Shown here piece after piece: positions 44,855-54,470 of a stretch of 64,000 bases of DNA. The first letter of the stretch is position 1, and the number at the start of each line of letters is the position of its first letter. A program made the position numbers and the translations under genes. The DNA lies in NCBI GenBank assembly GCA_963850305.1, contig CAWKKR010000007.1:800001-864000 (forward strand), in the 5' to 3' direction. This DNA comes from an uncultured delta proteobacterium (GTDB lineage: Bacteria > Myxococcota_A > Polyangia > Polyangiales > Polyangiaceae). The notes under the pieces were generated by a model. The model made no database searches. It had not been told where the DNA came from and worked only from the letters and a program-made list of their open reading frames with translations.

Positions 44855-47632
44855 ATGGGCGCGCTCGACGAGATGCTCGCCAAGTGGCGTGACAATCCGG
44901 ATGCCGGCACGACGCTGGCTCTGTGCACCTACCTTGGAACGTCCCGCCGCGAAGATCTGATCCGGGAGGTTGGGTCGACCGCCGAAGCGTGGCACAAGGG
45001 CGATGCTCAGGTGATGCTGGCCATCGGGCGGATGTACCTGGATTCCGCGCTGCTCCAGGAAGCTCAGGCCGCGCTGGTCGTGGCGGGGAAGCTCAGCCAA
45101 GCGGATCCTTCGCCATACCGATATCTAGGAGAGGTACTGCTGCGCCGCGGCGACGCGACCCGAGCGGAGAAGGTTCTGTCGCGTGCGCTCCAGATCGGGG
45201 GCGCCGAGGCTGATACTCGCATGTGGCACGACCGAGCCGTCGTGTACGTCGCCCTCCAAACGCGGGTGGGCATGCGCGCCGTGGCGGACGAGATCGGTCG
45301 AACAATCCCGAAAAGAATGTCGATACCGCCGCCGACCCTGGGCCTCGAAGAAGGCGAACGTCCAGCCCCGCGCGCTCCACAGAACGTGGCGCCGCGGATT
45401 CCACCGCCGCCGAAGCTCGTCTCATCGATGCCCCCGCCTCTTCCGCCTGCGCCGATGCCAGCATTCCGATCCATTGAGCCGTCCGACGGCGACATTCCCA
45501 CGGGGCGGTTCGACGTCCCCGACGCGGGCGGCCCGTCGCGTGACGCGCTCGCCACCATAGTCACGCCGGCCGCAGGTCACAGCGGCCTCCCGCCGCCGCC
45601 GAGCGTGCCTCCTCCGCCTTTTCGCGCGGGCCCTCGATTCGGTGCGCCGTCGCCTAACCGCAGTCCGCTCGCGTCGTCGTTGCCCGTCGCGTTGCCGCCG
45701 CCGGTCGGGCCGAGGAGTCGGAACGGCCATGCCGCCCCGACCGAGTTCGATGATTCCGCCCATCCGGCGGCCGAGACTGTCCTCGAGCACCTCGCACGGG
45801 TCGGAGTATATGAGCGGGGTGGCGGCTCCCCCCCGGCCTGGACCGCCCCGACGCGGGCAAGGCAGCGAGGGACCTGGTTCTTCGCGACGCTCATCACGCT
45901 CGCCGGTGCCGCCGGTTACGGAGCTTTCTCGTACGTGCGTCACCTGCGGCTCGAGCGCATGGCGACGGCGCGCCGCATGGAGGCGCAGGTCACCCGGCAG
46001 CTCGAGACGGGGAACCTCGACAATCTGCGCCGCACGGACGCCGAGCTTTCCCAGGTGTTCGATCTGGACTCGCGCAGCAAGACTGCCGCGATTCTCTGGC
46101 TCCGGAACCGCGTTCTCTCGGTACTCGTACTTCCCGGTCAATCGCAAGGCATCGAGAGCGGGCTCGCACGATGCACGACGCTCGGGATCGACGATGCGCG
46201 AACGGCTTTCGGGCGCATCGGAAGCTTTCTCTCCGAGGGCGATCTCGCCGGCGCAGCTGCCGTTCTCTCGAAATGGGACGAAAAATCGAAGGATGACCCT
46301 TTCTACCATCTCGTGGCCGCCGCGATGCTCGAGCGCGCCGGGGACAATCGTGCGATGGGCCGCTATCAGCAGGCGTTTCACCTCGATCCGGACCTGAACA
46401 TCGCGCGCCTGTTCCACGCCGAGCTCGTCACGCTCGAGCTCGGGCCGGACGCGGGGCGGCCCTTCGTGGAAGACGTCGTCAAGCGGCTCGGGGACGCTCC
46501 GGCATCCCACGCGCTCGTGGGGCTCGTGTGGGCGCTCGACTCGAATGCCGGCGATCTCCCCGACAGCGGACGAGTCACGGATGCGGATCGCGCAAAGCTG
46601 CCCACGCAACTTGCCGCGATTCCCGGATTGGTGAACGCGCGCGTCGCCGCGCGCGAAGGGCACACGGACCAGGCGACCGCGGCCCTCGACCTGGCGCTGT
46701 CCGCCGTCCAGACGCCGGCTCTCGCAACCACGATCGGCCGAATGGCGATCGAGCTCGGGGACATCGCACTCGCGCGCAAAGCGACGCTGACGGCTCTATC
46801 GTACTCTGCGCTCTACCCGGGCGCGCGGTCGCTGGCTGCGCGCGTGGCGTTGCTCGGCGGCCACATCGACGAGGCGAAGAAAGCCATTCAGGAGCTCGAC
46901 GCGAAGAGTCCCGAGGTGGCGGTCGTACGCGCTGCCGTCGCGTATGAATCGCTGGACCTCTCGGAGCTCGACGCCGCCGTGCAGGCCATGGGCTCGACGG
47001 ATGGCGCCGCGAGCGCTCTCGCCGTCGGTTCCGGCATCGTTCTCGGACGGAAATACCCGACTCCGGCGGCACTCGGCGCCCTCGCCGTGCCAGGTGTTCC
47101 GTGGGGAGATTTCGTCGCCGTCGATGCAGCGCTCGATACGGGCAACATGGAGCTCGCGCAGAAGATTGCTGCCCGCTGGGGAGATCGTGCCAGCACGCCC
47201 ACCTACGCTCTCCGTCGTTCCCGCCTCTTGCGCTACGAAGGAAAGAACGCCGACGCGGCGCTGGCCTCTGCCGACGCCGTTGTCCCCGGTGAGGTGACGC
47301 CGCGCGTTCTCGTCGAGCGCCTCTACGCGCTCCTCGCGGCCAGAGACGTCGCTGGCGCCCGCGCATTCCTGTCGCAATATCCCGCCGTGCTCGGGCCGAT
47401 GACGGATTTCCTGAAGGTGTCCACGGACGTCGCGGACGACAACAGCTCGCGTGCGAAGGCGCTCGCGGCGAGGCTGGAGCCGCCGCCGCCGGATTCGCCG
47501 TTGCTCTACGATCTGATTGCCGCGCGGGCGTTCACGGAAGTCAGCGACCGAAGGGCGAAGAGCCTCGTCAGGGCGCTGCTCCGCGCCGCGCCGAAGCACC
47601 CCGACGTCCTCGCGATAGCGGAGATGAAGTGA
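44855..47632 (+). CDS. Large bitopic protein: TPR - Pro-rich linker - TM - helical/TPR domain
   Basis: TPR-like YRYLGEVLLRRGD; long Pro-rich stretch; TM FFATLITLAGAAGYGAF. Confidence 0.75.
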   Translation: MGALDEMLAKWRDNPDAGTTLALCTYLGTSRREDLIREVGSTAEAWHKGDAQVMLAIGRMYLDSALLQEAQAALVVAGKLSQADPSPYRYLGEVLLRRGDATRAEKVLSRALQIGGAEADTRMWHDRAVVYVALQTRVGMRAVADEIGRTIPKRMSIPPPTLGLEEGERPAPRAPQNVAPRIPPPPKLVSSMPPPLPPAPMPAFRSIEPSDGDIPTGRFDVPDAGGPSRDALATIVTPAAGHSGLPPPPSVPPPPFRAGPRFGAPSPNRSPLASSLPVALPPPVGPRSRNGHAAPTEFDDSAHPAAETVLEHLARVGVYERGGGSPPAWTAPTRARQRGTWFFATLITLAGAAGYGAFSYVRHLRLERMATARRMEAQVTRQLETGNLDNLRRTDAELSQVFDLDSRSKTAAILWLRNRVLSVLVLPGQSQGIESGLARCTTLGIDDARTAFGRIGSFLSEGDLAGAAAVLSKWDEKSKDDPFYHLVAAAMLERAGDNRAMGRYQQAFHLDPDLNIARLFHAELVTLELGPDAGRPFVEDVVKRLGDAPASHALVGLVWALDSNAGDLPDSGRVTDADRAKLPTQLAAIPGLVNARVAAREGHTDQATAALDLALSAVQTPALATTIGRMAIELGDIALARKATLTALSYSALYPGARSLAARVALLGGHIDEAKKAIQELDAKSPEVAVVRAAVAYESLDLSELDAAVQAMGSTDGAASALAVGSGIVLGRKYPTPAALGALAVPGVPWGDFVAVDAALDTGNMELAQKIAARWGDRASTPTYALRRSRLLRYEGKNADAALASADAVVPGEVTPRVLVERLYALLAARDVAGARAFLSQYPAVLGPMTDFLKVSTDVADDNSSRAKALAARLEPPPPDSPLLYDLIAARAFTEVSDRRAKSLVRALLRAAPKHPDVLAIAEMK

Positions 47633-47639
47633 TCGAATG

Positions 47640-48754
47640 TCAGGCGCGCGGTCGCAAGCTCGCTTCGCCTGCGCCACGACCTTCGAGCATCGATCGCAGC
47701 TCCTCCTGATCGGTCGAACGGCCCAACGCTTCCTCGAGCGTGATGAGTTTGCGCGAGTAGAGCGAGTAGAGGGATTGATTCATCGTTTGCATCCCGTGGT
47801 TCAGCTGCCCCACCTGCATCTGCGTGTAGATCTGGTGGATCTTGTCTTCGCGGATCAGGTTTCGAACGGCGGCGTTCGGGATCAATACTTCCATGGCGAG
47901 GACTCGGCCGGGCGCTCCAGCGCGTGGGATCAGGAGCTGGCTCATCACCCCTTCGAGCACGAACGATAGCTGCGCCCGGATCTGGGACTGCTGGTGCGGC
48001 GGAAAGACGTCGATGATCCGGTTGATGCTCTGGATCGCCGAGTTGGTGTGGAGTGTCGCGAACACGAGATGCCCTGTTTCGGCGATCGTCAGCGCAGCCT
48101 CGATCGTCTCGAGATCCCGCATTTCACCGATGAGCACGACATCCGGGTCCTGGCGGAGGACGTACTTGAGCGCCAGCTTGAACGCCGTCGTGTCGCTCCC
48201 CACTTCGCGCTGATTCACGACGCAGCGCTTGTGCGGGTGGAGATACTCGATCGGATCCTCGACGGTCATGATGTGCTGGCGCGTCTCGGTGTTGATCTTG
48301 TCGATGATCGACGCGAGCGTCGTGCTCTTGCCGGAGCCGGTTGGTCCGGTGACGAGCACGAGTCCGCGCGGACGCGATGACAGCCCCGCGACGGCCGGTG
48401 GCAATCCGAGCTCGTCGAACGACAGGATCTTGAATGGGATAGCGCGGAAGGCGCCGGACACCGCGCCACGTTGCATGAAGATGTTCGCGCGGAAGCGCGA
48501 TAGATTCTTCACTCCAAACGAAAGGTCGAGCTCCTTGTTCTTTTCGAACGCGATCTTCTGCTCCTCCGTCAGCACCGAGTAGCAAAGCTGTTTCGTCTCG
48601 ACCGGCGAGAGGGGGGGAGCTTCAGCGGCACTATCGCCCCGTCGATGCGGAGGAGCGGCGGCGAGCCCGTCGTGATGTGCATGTCGCTCGCAGCCTTCTC
48701 GATCATCGCGCGGAGAAGCTGGTGGAGATTTACCTTTAGGCCGTCTTGTTCCAT
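47640..48754 (-). CDS. pilT: Type IV pilus retraction ATPase; 1-nt deletion at the C7 tract 48611-48617
   Basis: ASDMHIT, GPTGSGKSTT, LRQDPDVVLIGEMRD, TLHTNS and AVRNLIRE. Confidence 0.93.
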
Positions 48755-50455
48755 TCAGTCCGCCATCGTCACTCGGACGATCTCGTCCGTCGTGGTCACG
48801 CCCTCCATCACCTTTTTTATGCCGCTTGCCCGTAGCGTGAACATGCCGCCGCGAATGGCTGCGGCTTTCAGCTCCGCGGCCGAAGCGCCCTGAAGCACCA
48901 TTTCCTTCAGAGAGTCCGTAAACCGCATCACTTCGTAAAGCGCGACGCGCCCCTTGTAGCCGGACCCATTGCAGGTCGTGCAACCGACACCTTTCTGGAT
49001 CGGCGCGCCGAGTTGATCTTCTTCGAACCCGACCTCGCGCAGGACTTCCGGATCGACCTCGAAGGGTTTCTTGCAATCAGCGCAGATCTTTCGAGCGAGA
49101 CGCTGAGCGAGCACGAGATTCACGCTCGCGGTGATGAGGAACGGTTCGACGCCCATGTTCAGAAGGCGCGAGATCGTCGCCGGGGCGTCGTTCGTGTGCA
49201 GGGTCGAGAGCACCAGGTGGCCCGTCAGCGCCGCCTTGACCGCGATTTCCGCCGTCTCGAAGTCCCGGATCTCGCCCACCATGATGATGTCGGGATCCTG
49301 CCGCAAGAAGGAGCGCAAGCTCATTGCGAAGTTGAGCCCGATCTCGTCGTGCATCTGCACCTGATTGATGCCGTGCAGGTTGTACTCGACGGGATCTTCG
49401 GCCGTACTGATGTTCACGTCCGGCTGATTTAGGTCGCTCAGCGCCGAGTAGAGAGTCGTGGTCTTGCCGGAGCCCGTAGGGCCCGTGACGAGCACCATTC
49501 CCCACGGCTGACCGATGGCCCACTTGAAATCCTGCAAGGGCTTCGGATCGAAGCCCAACTTCGCCATGTCGAGCTGCAGGTTCGACTTGTCGAGAAGACG
49601 CATGACGATCTTCTCGCCCCACATCGTCGGAAGCACCGAGACGCGGAAGTCCATCTCGCGATCCTTGCCGAGCTTCAGCTTGATGCGTCCGTCCTGCGGG
49701 AGGCGGCGCTCGGCGATGTCGAGCATGCTCATGATCTTGAGCCGGCTCGAAATCGCGTTTTTGAGCTTGAGTGGTGGCGTCATTTCTTCATGGAGCACGC
49801 CATCGATGCGGTAGCGGACGCGCATCTTCTTTTCGTACGGCTCGATGTGGATGTCGCTCGCGCCTTTTCTGATCGCGTTCAGGAGAATCACGTTGACCAG
49901 GCGCACGACGGGGGCGTCCTCGCTCGCTTTTTCGAGCTCGAGGACGTTCACTTCCTCGTTTTCCCCGGTGAAATCGATCTCGTCGTCGCCCACTCCGAAG
50001 TCGGCCATGACCTCTTCGTAGGAAGGGCCGCTCGAGTAGTAGCGTTCGATTGCCGTGACGATCGCTCCCTCGCTGCAGACGACCGGCTCGACGTTGAACC
50101 CGGTGAGGAACTTCACGTCGTCCGTCGCATTCAGATTCGTAGGGTCGGCCATGGCGACGATGAGCGCGGAGCCTGAACGCGACACGGGGATGATCTTGTG
50201 TTTTTCGCAGACCTCGCGACTCACGAGCTTGATGACGTCCGGCTCGATCTCGAACTCGTCGAGATTGATCGACGGCAGTCGATACTGGGACGAGAGGAAG
50301 CTCGTGATCTCGCCATCGGAGATGAATCCGAGCTTGGCGAGCGTGTAGCTCAGGTTCTGTCCCGACTTCTTCTGCTCCTCTTGCGCGGAGCGAAGTTGCT
50401 GGAGGCTGATGAGCTTTTCGCGAACGAGGAGTTCACCGAGGCGTTTGGTCGACAT
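48755..50455 (-). CDS. pilB: Type IV pilus assembly ATPase
   Basis: RLGELLV N-terminus, ASDIHIEP, GPTGSGKTTT, LRQDPD and tetracysteine CADC/CTTC. Confidence 0.96.
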   Translation of the reverse strand: MSTKRLGELLVREKLISLQQLRSAQEEQKKSGQNLSYTLAKLGFISDGEITSFLSSQYRLPSINLDEFEIEPDVIKLVSREVCEKHKIIPVSRSGSALIVAMADPTNLNATDDVKFLTGFNVEPVVCSEGAIVTAIERYYSSGPSYEEVMADFGVGDDEIDFTGENEEVNVLELEKASEDAPVVRLVNVILLNAIRKGASDIHIEPYEKKMRVRYRIDGVLHEEMTPPLKLKNAISSRLKIMSMLDIAERRLPQDGRIKLKLGKDREMDFRVSVLPTMWGEKIVMRLLDKSNLQLDMAKLGFDPKPLQDFKWAIGQPWGMVLVTGPTGSGKTTTLYSALSDLNQPDVNISTAEDPVEYNLHGINQVQMHDEIGLNFAMSLRSFLRQDPDIIMVGEIRDFETAEIAVKAALTGHLVLSTLHTNDAPATISRLLNMGVEPFLITASVNLVLAQRLARKICADCKKPFEVDPEVLREVGFEEDQLGAPIQKGVGCTTCNGSGYKGRVALYEVMRFTDSLKEMVLQGASAAELKAAAIRGGMFTLRASGIKKVMEGVTTTDEIVRVTMAD

Positions 50456-50718
50456 GAGCGTAGGGCGGACGCGCGAGGCACGTGAGGGGACCGCGGCCGA
50501 ACCCGAGACTTTAACATCAAGGTCGTCGCTCCGGGCGCTCGCCGAGAGACTCCCGCGCGCGCGAGGGCTCGGGCCAGCCTCCAGAATCCGGTCGATGTGC
50601 GGGAAGAATTGTTTTCGCCCGGCTGCTCGGGCACCCGTTAGACTCGAGGATTGACGCGCGACCGGCGCGACCAATACTACGGTCTCCCCATCGGGAAATG
50701 CGGGTTTTCTAGAGCACC

Positions 50719-51882
50719 ATGTCCAAGACGTACTCGGACCTTTTTTCTGAAGTCAGGCAACAGGTACGCACCGTTTCACTGGAAGACCTCAAAACCAGGC
50801 TTGAATCGCGGGCGCCTCCGTTCATTTTGGTGGACGTGCGCGAGAAGGATGAGTTTCGAGCGGGCTTCATTCCGGGCGCGATCCATCTGCCTCGCGGCTT
50901 CCTCGAGATGCAGGCCGAGCAGAAGCTGCCCGATAAGTCGGCGGAGATCATCGTTTATTGCGCAGGCGGCACTCGGAGCGCGTTCGCGGCAAAGAGCCTC
51001 GGCGAGCTCGGATACACGAATGTCGTCAGTGCCAACCCAGGATTCGTTCGCTGGAAGGACCTCGCCTATCCCACCGAGCGTCCGCCCGAGCTTACAGAAG
51101 CTCAACGCGAACGGTATTCGCGCCATATCCTTCTTCCGGAGGTTGGGGAGACGGGCCAGGCAAAGCTGCTGTCGAGCAAGGTGTTGCTGCTCGGCGCAGG
51201 CGGCCTTGGAAGCCCGGCGGCGGTGTACTTGGCCGCGGCAGGTGTCGGCACGATTGGCCTGGTCGACGCGGACGTCGTCGATGCGTCGAACTTGCAGCGT
51301 CAGATCGTACACGCGACCTCGCGGGTCGGCATGCCCAAGGTCGACAGCGCGGAGATTGCCATCAATGAATTGAACCCCGACGTCAAGGTCGTGAAGTTCC
51401 AGGAGCGAGTGAACAGCGCCAACGTTGACCGCATCTTCAAAGGGTGGGACGTGGTCATCGACGGCTGCGACAACTTTCCGACGCGGTATCTCGTCAACGA
51501 CGCGTCCGTCTTCAACAAGGTGCCTGTCGTACATGGCTCGATCTTCCGCTTCGACGGACAGGTCACGACATTCAAGCCGTTCGACGGTCCCTGCTACCGG
51601 TGCCTTTATCCCGAGCCACCGCCGGCACATCTCGCTCCGTCGTGTGCGGAGGCTGGGGTCCTCGGAATCCTGTGCGGCATCGTGGGCACGCTTCAGGCGA
51701 CCGAGGCCATCAAGCTATTGCTCGGCAAGGGGAATCTGCTGGTCGGCCGCCTTCTGCAATACGACTCGATGAACATGACATTCCGCTCGTTCAAGCTGCG
51801 CCGGAACAAACAGTGTCCCGTATGCGGGGAGAATCCGACGATCAAAGAATACATCGACTACGAGGGCTTCTGCGCTCGCTGA
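50719..51882 (+). CDS. moeB: Rhodanese-MoeB/ThiF adenylyltransferase fusion (MoeZ-like)
   Basis: DVRE and YCAGGTRS; RYSRH, GAGGLG, SNLQRQ, CYRC and CPVC. Confidence 0.9.
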   Translation: MSKTYSDLFSEVRQQVRTVSLEDLKTRLESRAPPFILVDVREKDEFRAGFIPGAIHLPRGFLEMQAEQKLPDKSAEIIVYCAGGTRSAFAAKSLGELGYTNVVSANPGFVRWKDLAYPTERPPELTEAQRERYSRHILLPEVGETGQAKLLSSKVLLLGAGGLGSPAAVYLAAAGVGTIGLVDADVVDASNLQRQIVHATSRVGMPKVDSAEIAINELNPDVKVVKFQERVNSANVDRIFKGWDVVIDGCDNFPTRYLVNDASVFNKVPVVHGSIFRFDGQVTTFKPFDGPCYRCLYPEPPPAHLAPSCAEAGVLGILCGIVGTLQATEAIKLLLGKGNLLVGRLLQYDSMNMTFRSFKLRRNKQCPVCGENPTIKEYIDYEGFCAR

Positions 51883-51909
51883 GCCGCGCCGAGTGTCGCT
51901 TTCGCACAC

Positions 51910-51932
51910 GAGCCCCCGCGGGGGGGAGGCTC
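51910..51932. terminator. GC-rich hairpin between convergent genes
   Basis: GAGCCCCC-GCG-GGGGGGAGGCTC imperfect stem; no U tract. Confidence 0.3.
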
Positions 51933-51941
51933 CTCCGGGAA

Positions 51942-52952
51942 TCAGCCCCCGGAAGCGGGCCACTCCGGCCACAGCGGGCCAAGGTTGAGTGCATCCCGCC
52001 GCGCGGTCTCGCGCGCCGTGACGCGGACCGCGAGGGTGTGAGCCGTGACTGCGAGAAGCAAGCCAGCGACCACGTCGATCACGTAGTGCCAGCGCAGAAA
52101 CATCGTGGCAATGACGATGTTGATCGCGAAAAATGCGACAACCGGCCACGTGTACCGGAACGGTAGTTCTCCGCGGCGATGGAAGGAAAAAAGCACCAGG
52201 AATGTCGGGGCCGCGGTGTGGAGGGATGGGAAGATATCCTTCTGCGCCCCGCTGCGTGCGACCAGATCGGAGGTCGTATTCCACCAGATACCGGGCGAGA
52301 GATGGTGCTGGAAGACCTCGGGCATCGCCTTGTACGGACCGTAGCCGGGCACGAGCATGTACAAGGTATGACCAATGCAGAAGAGCAGGATCATCCCGAA
52401 CGCGAACTCGGAGAGTAGCTGCCTCTGTCGGGAGAGGAACAGGATGGGCAGCACATGGAGGGCCAGCACGAGAAAGTAGCTGAAGTAGAAGAAGGCGAAC
52501 CACTCGGTCGTCGCGGGATTGACGAATCTGTCGAGGTAGATGGCCGGCTCCGCTCCGAACAAACGCAGATCCAGCCCATACAGACCGAGATCGAGCGACC
52601 GGGGATTCACGAGCGGCAGGAGCTTCAGGAACATGAAGTAGGTGATTTGCACGCTGCCGTAAGTCACCAGCCGATACAACGCGGGGGTCAGGTATTTCTG
52701 CGTGACCAGCTTCGAGCGAACCGCGACCACCGTGGCGGTATGCGCGAGGAAGAGCGTGGCGACATTCGTGAGGCAGTCTGTGCGCACGCTGCTCGGCCGC
52801 GCGGTGAGCACTGCGGCGTTCAGCCCGAGCAGGTAGACGAAAACGACGAGATCTTGCGGTGCCAGCTCACGCAGGAAGCGTCGGAAGGGGCTTCCCTCGC
52901 GAATGTCGCTCGGATTCGAGCGAACGTAGAGCTCGTGCTGGTCGACCGTCAT
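51942..52952 (-). CDS. PAP2_3 family membrane phosphotransferase (inositol phosphorylceramide synthase-like)
   Basis: About 8 TMs; IFPSLHTA and LRWHYVID motifs. Confidence 0.8.
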   Translation of the reverse strand: MTVDQHELYVRSNPSDIREGSPFRRFLRELAPQDLVVFVYLLGLNAAVLTARPSSVRTDCLTNVATLFLAHTATVVAVRSKLVTQKYLTPALYRLVTYGSVQITYFMFLKLLPLVNPRSLDLGLYGLDLRLFGAEPAIYLDRFVNPATTEWFAFFYFSYFLVLALHVLPILFLSRQRQLLSEFAFGMILLFCIGHTLYMLVPGYGPYKAMPEVFQHHLSPGIWWNTTSDLVARSGAQKDIFPSLHTAAPTFLVLFSFHRRGELPFRYTWPVVAFFAINIVIATMFLRWHYVIDVVAGLLLAVTAHTLAVRVTARETARRDALNLGPLWPEWPASGG

Positions 52953-53059
52953 CTATCGGCTGCCAAATCGTTGATAGCAAGCTCGTGCCGCGCCTGTCAC
53001 CCCGCGGTCACCAGGAACAGATCTATCGCCACGCCGGTTCGCCGCACGTGACAATTGAA

Positions 53060-53077
53060 TGCGTAGATGGCTACGCA
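53060..53077. other. Perfect intergenic inverted repeat TGCGTAG-ATGG-CTACGCA
   Basis: 7-bp arms, 28 nt past the stop of 53106-53738; terminator or operator. Confidence 0.4.
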
Positions 53078-53105
53078 CTGGCGCAGCCCTTTCGCAGCAG
53101 CGAAT

Positions 53106-53738
53106 TCACCGAACGCGGCGCCTGGCGGGAGACGAGTCCGGAGCTGAAACGCTCTCTTCTGCGACGCGAACATTCTTTCGAGCCGCACCGTCGTCGAGAA
53201 AGCGGTCCACTTGGGCTCGGGCAAGCAGCTCTTCCGCGTGGGCGACACTCACTGCGAGGCTCCTGGCAATTTCCGCTCCGTCCAGCGCGCCCCGGACGCG
53301 CAGGAGTTCCTGGGTGAGGGCTACCTCCGCGTCTTCCATGGCGGCACGCAGCGCTCCGACGACTCGTCGCGTGCGGAAGAAAGCATATGCGGCGAGCGCC
53401 AGCGGCGCCGTTACGAAAATCGTGGAGACGACGCCCGCCACCGGACCGAAGTGAGCCAGTAACCCGAACAGGGCGACGGTCGCCACGCTGGCCAGGGTCG
53501 CGAACGACGCTACTGCGGTGACGACGTTCCACGTTGCCCGCTGCGAGAGCAACGCCTTCGCGCGCACAAGATGTGGTTTTTCGCGGCCTGCGTTCGCGAC
53601 TGCCAGGTCATCGACGACGACTCGCGGTCCGCCGCACATCAAGCAAAAGTATCCCCCGGCTTGGCTGGAAACCCCGCTCGTCGCGCCGCAGAGGGGGCAC
53701 GGTGTCCCCTCGCCGAGTCGCGGGCTCACGCGAGTCAC
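53106..53738 (-). CDS. Hypothetical membrane protein: Zn-ribbon, 2 TM and an HTH-like tail
   Basis: CPLC..CLMC, two TMs, LDGAEIARSLAVSVAHAEELL; GTGA overlap with the Nudix gene. Confidence 0.7.
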   Translation of the reverse strand: MTRVSPRLGEGTPCPLCGATSGVSSQAGGYFCLMCGGPRVVVDDLAVANAGREKPHLVRAKALLSQRATWNVVTAVASFATLASVATVALFGLLAHFGPVAGVVSTIFVTAPLALAAYAFFRTRRVVGALRAAMEDAEVALTQELLRVRGALDGAEIARSLAVSVAHAEELLARAQVDRFLDDGAARKNVRVAEESVSAPDSSPARRRVR

Positions 53739-54352
53739 GCTCGCACTCTACTCTCTTCGGTGTCACCGAGATCGAGCGCCTCGAACAGTGCCCCGAGCAT
53801 TCGATGCGTAAGCCCCCACACGAGCCGGCCATCAACGTCGTACGCGGGTAGGGCAAGCGTGCGTCGCTCGAAGGTGTACGAGAACGTCGCGTCGCTTGCG
53901 CCGGACGCCAGTCGGTCGAGCGACGCCCAGACCGTCTCCTCCACCTCGCGAACGTTCGGGACCAGGACCGGTTCACCCTGAATCGCGAACACGAACGGGG
54001 CGATCACGAGTCCTGCGCGCCTTCCTCCGGCGACCGCAGGCAGATCATCGAGGCGCCCGATGAAGTGCTCGTTGCGATTCAAACGAAGGCCGACCTCCTC
54101 GTGCGTCTCACGGATGGCCGTCGAAATGAGATCGACGTCGCTCCCCGCCTCTCTACCGCCCGGGAACGCCATGTGCCCTGACCAGGGATCGCCGGGCACT
54201 TCGGAACGACGGATCAGCAGAACCTCGGCGGAGTCCGGGCGGTCCCGCAGGATGATGGCGACCGCCGCGAAGGTCTCGCCCCTCTCGAGAGCCGTGGATC
54301 GGTGCCGATGCCCGCTGAGGCGCGTCCGGACGAGATCGACATCGATGCGCAT
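53735..54352 (-). CDS. Nudix CoA pyrophosphatase
   Basis: AAVAI, PWSGHMAFPGG, TAIRETHEEVG and VWGLT. Confidence 0.92.
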   Translation of the reverse strand: MRIDVDLVRTRLSGHRHRSTALERGETFAAVAIILRDRPDSAEVLLIRRSEVPGDPWSGHMAFPGGREAGSDVDLISTAIRETHEEVGLRLNRNEHFIGRLDDLPAVAGGRRAGLVIAPFVFAIQGEPVLVPNVREVEETVWASLDRLASGASDATFSYTFERRTLALPAYDVDGRLVWGLTHRMLGALFEALDLGDTEESRVRA

Positions 54353-54470
54353 GGGGTCGTTCGAGTGAAGCACCTTTTTCGCGCTTGCGCGCGACGTCGA
54401 CGAAAACCATTGGCTCCGGCCGCTTTTTTGCGATCAGCACCGTGCCGTTGCGCTGTAGCCTGACCCCGCC

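Noticed and set aside
45310..45745. Pro-rich stretch as a DNA repeat element
   Set aside because: Low-complexity coding linker without a discrete repeat unit.
50685..50710. Rrf2/CymR-like site upstream of moeB
   Set aside because: Only a loose resemblance; no clear palindrome.
50719..51882. MoeB/ThiF as part of a ubiquitin-like defence or RiPP system
   Set aside because: Standard rhodanese-MoeB fusion; no sulfur carrier, JAB, E2 or precursor gene adjacent.
52977..52989. Sigma54-like promoter GGCACGAGCTTGC upstream of the PAP2_3 gene (minus strand)
   Set aside because: GG-to-GC spacing is 9 nt rather than the required 10; valid only if a base was dropped in the assembly.
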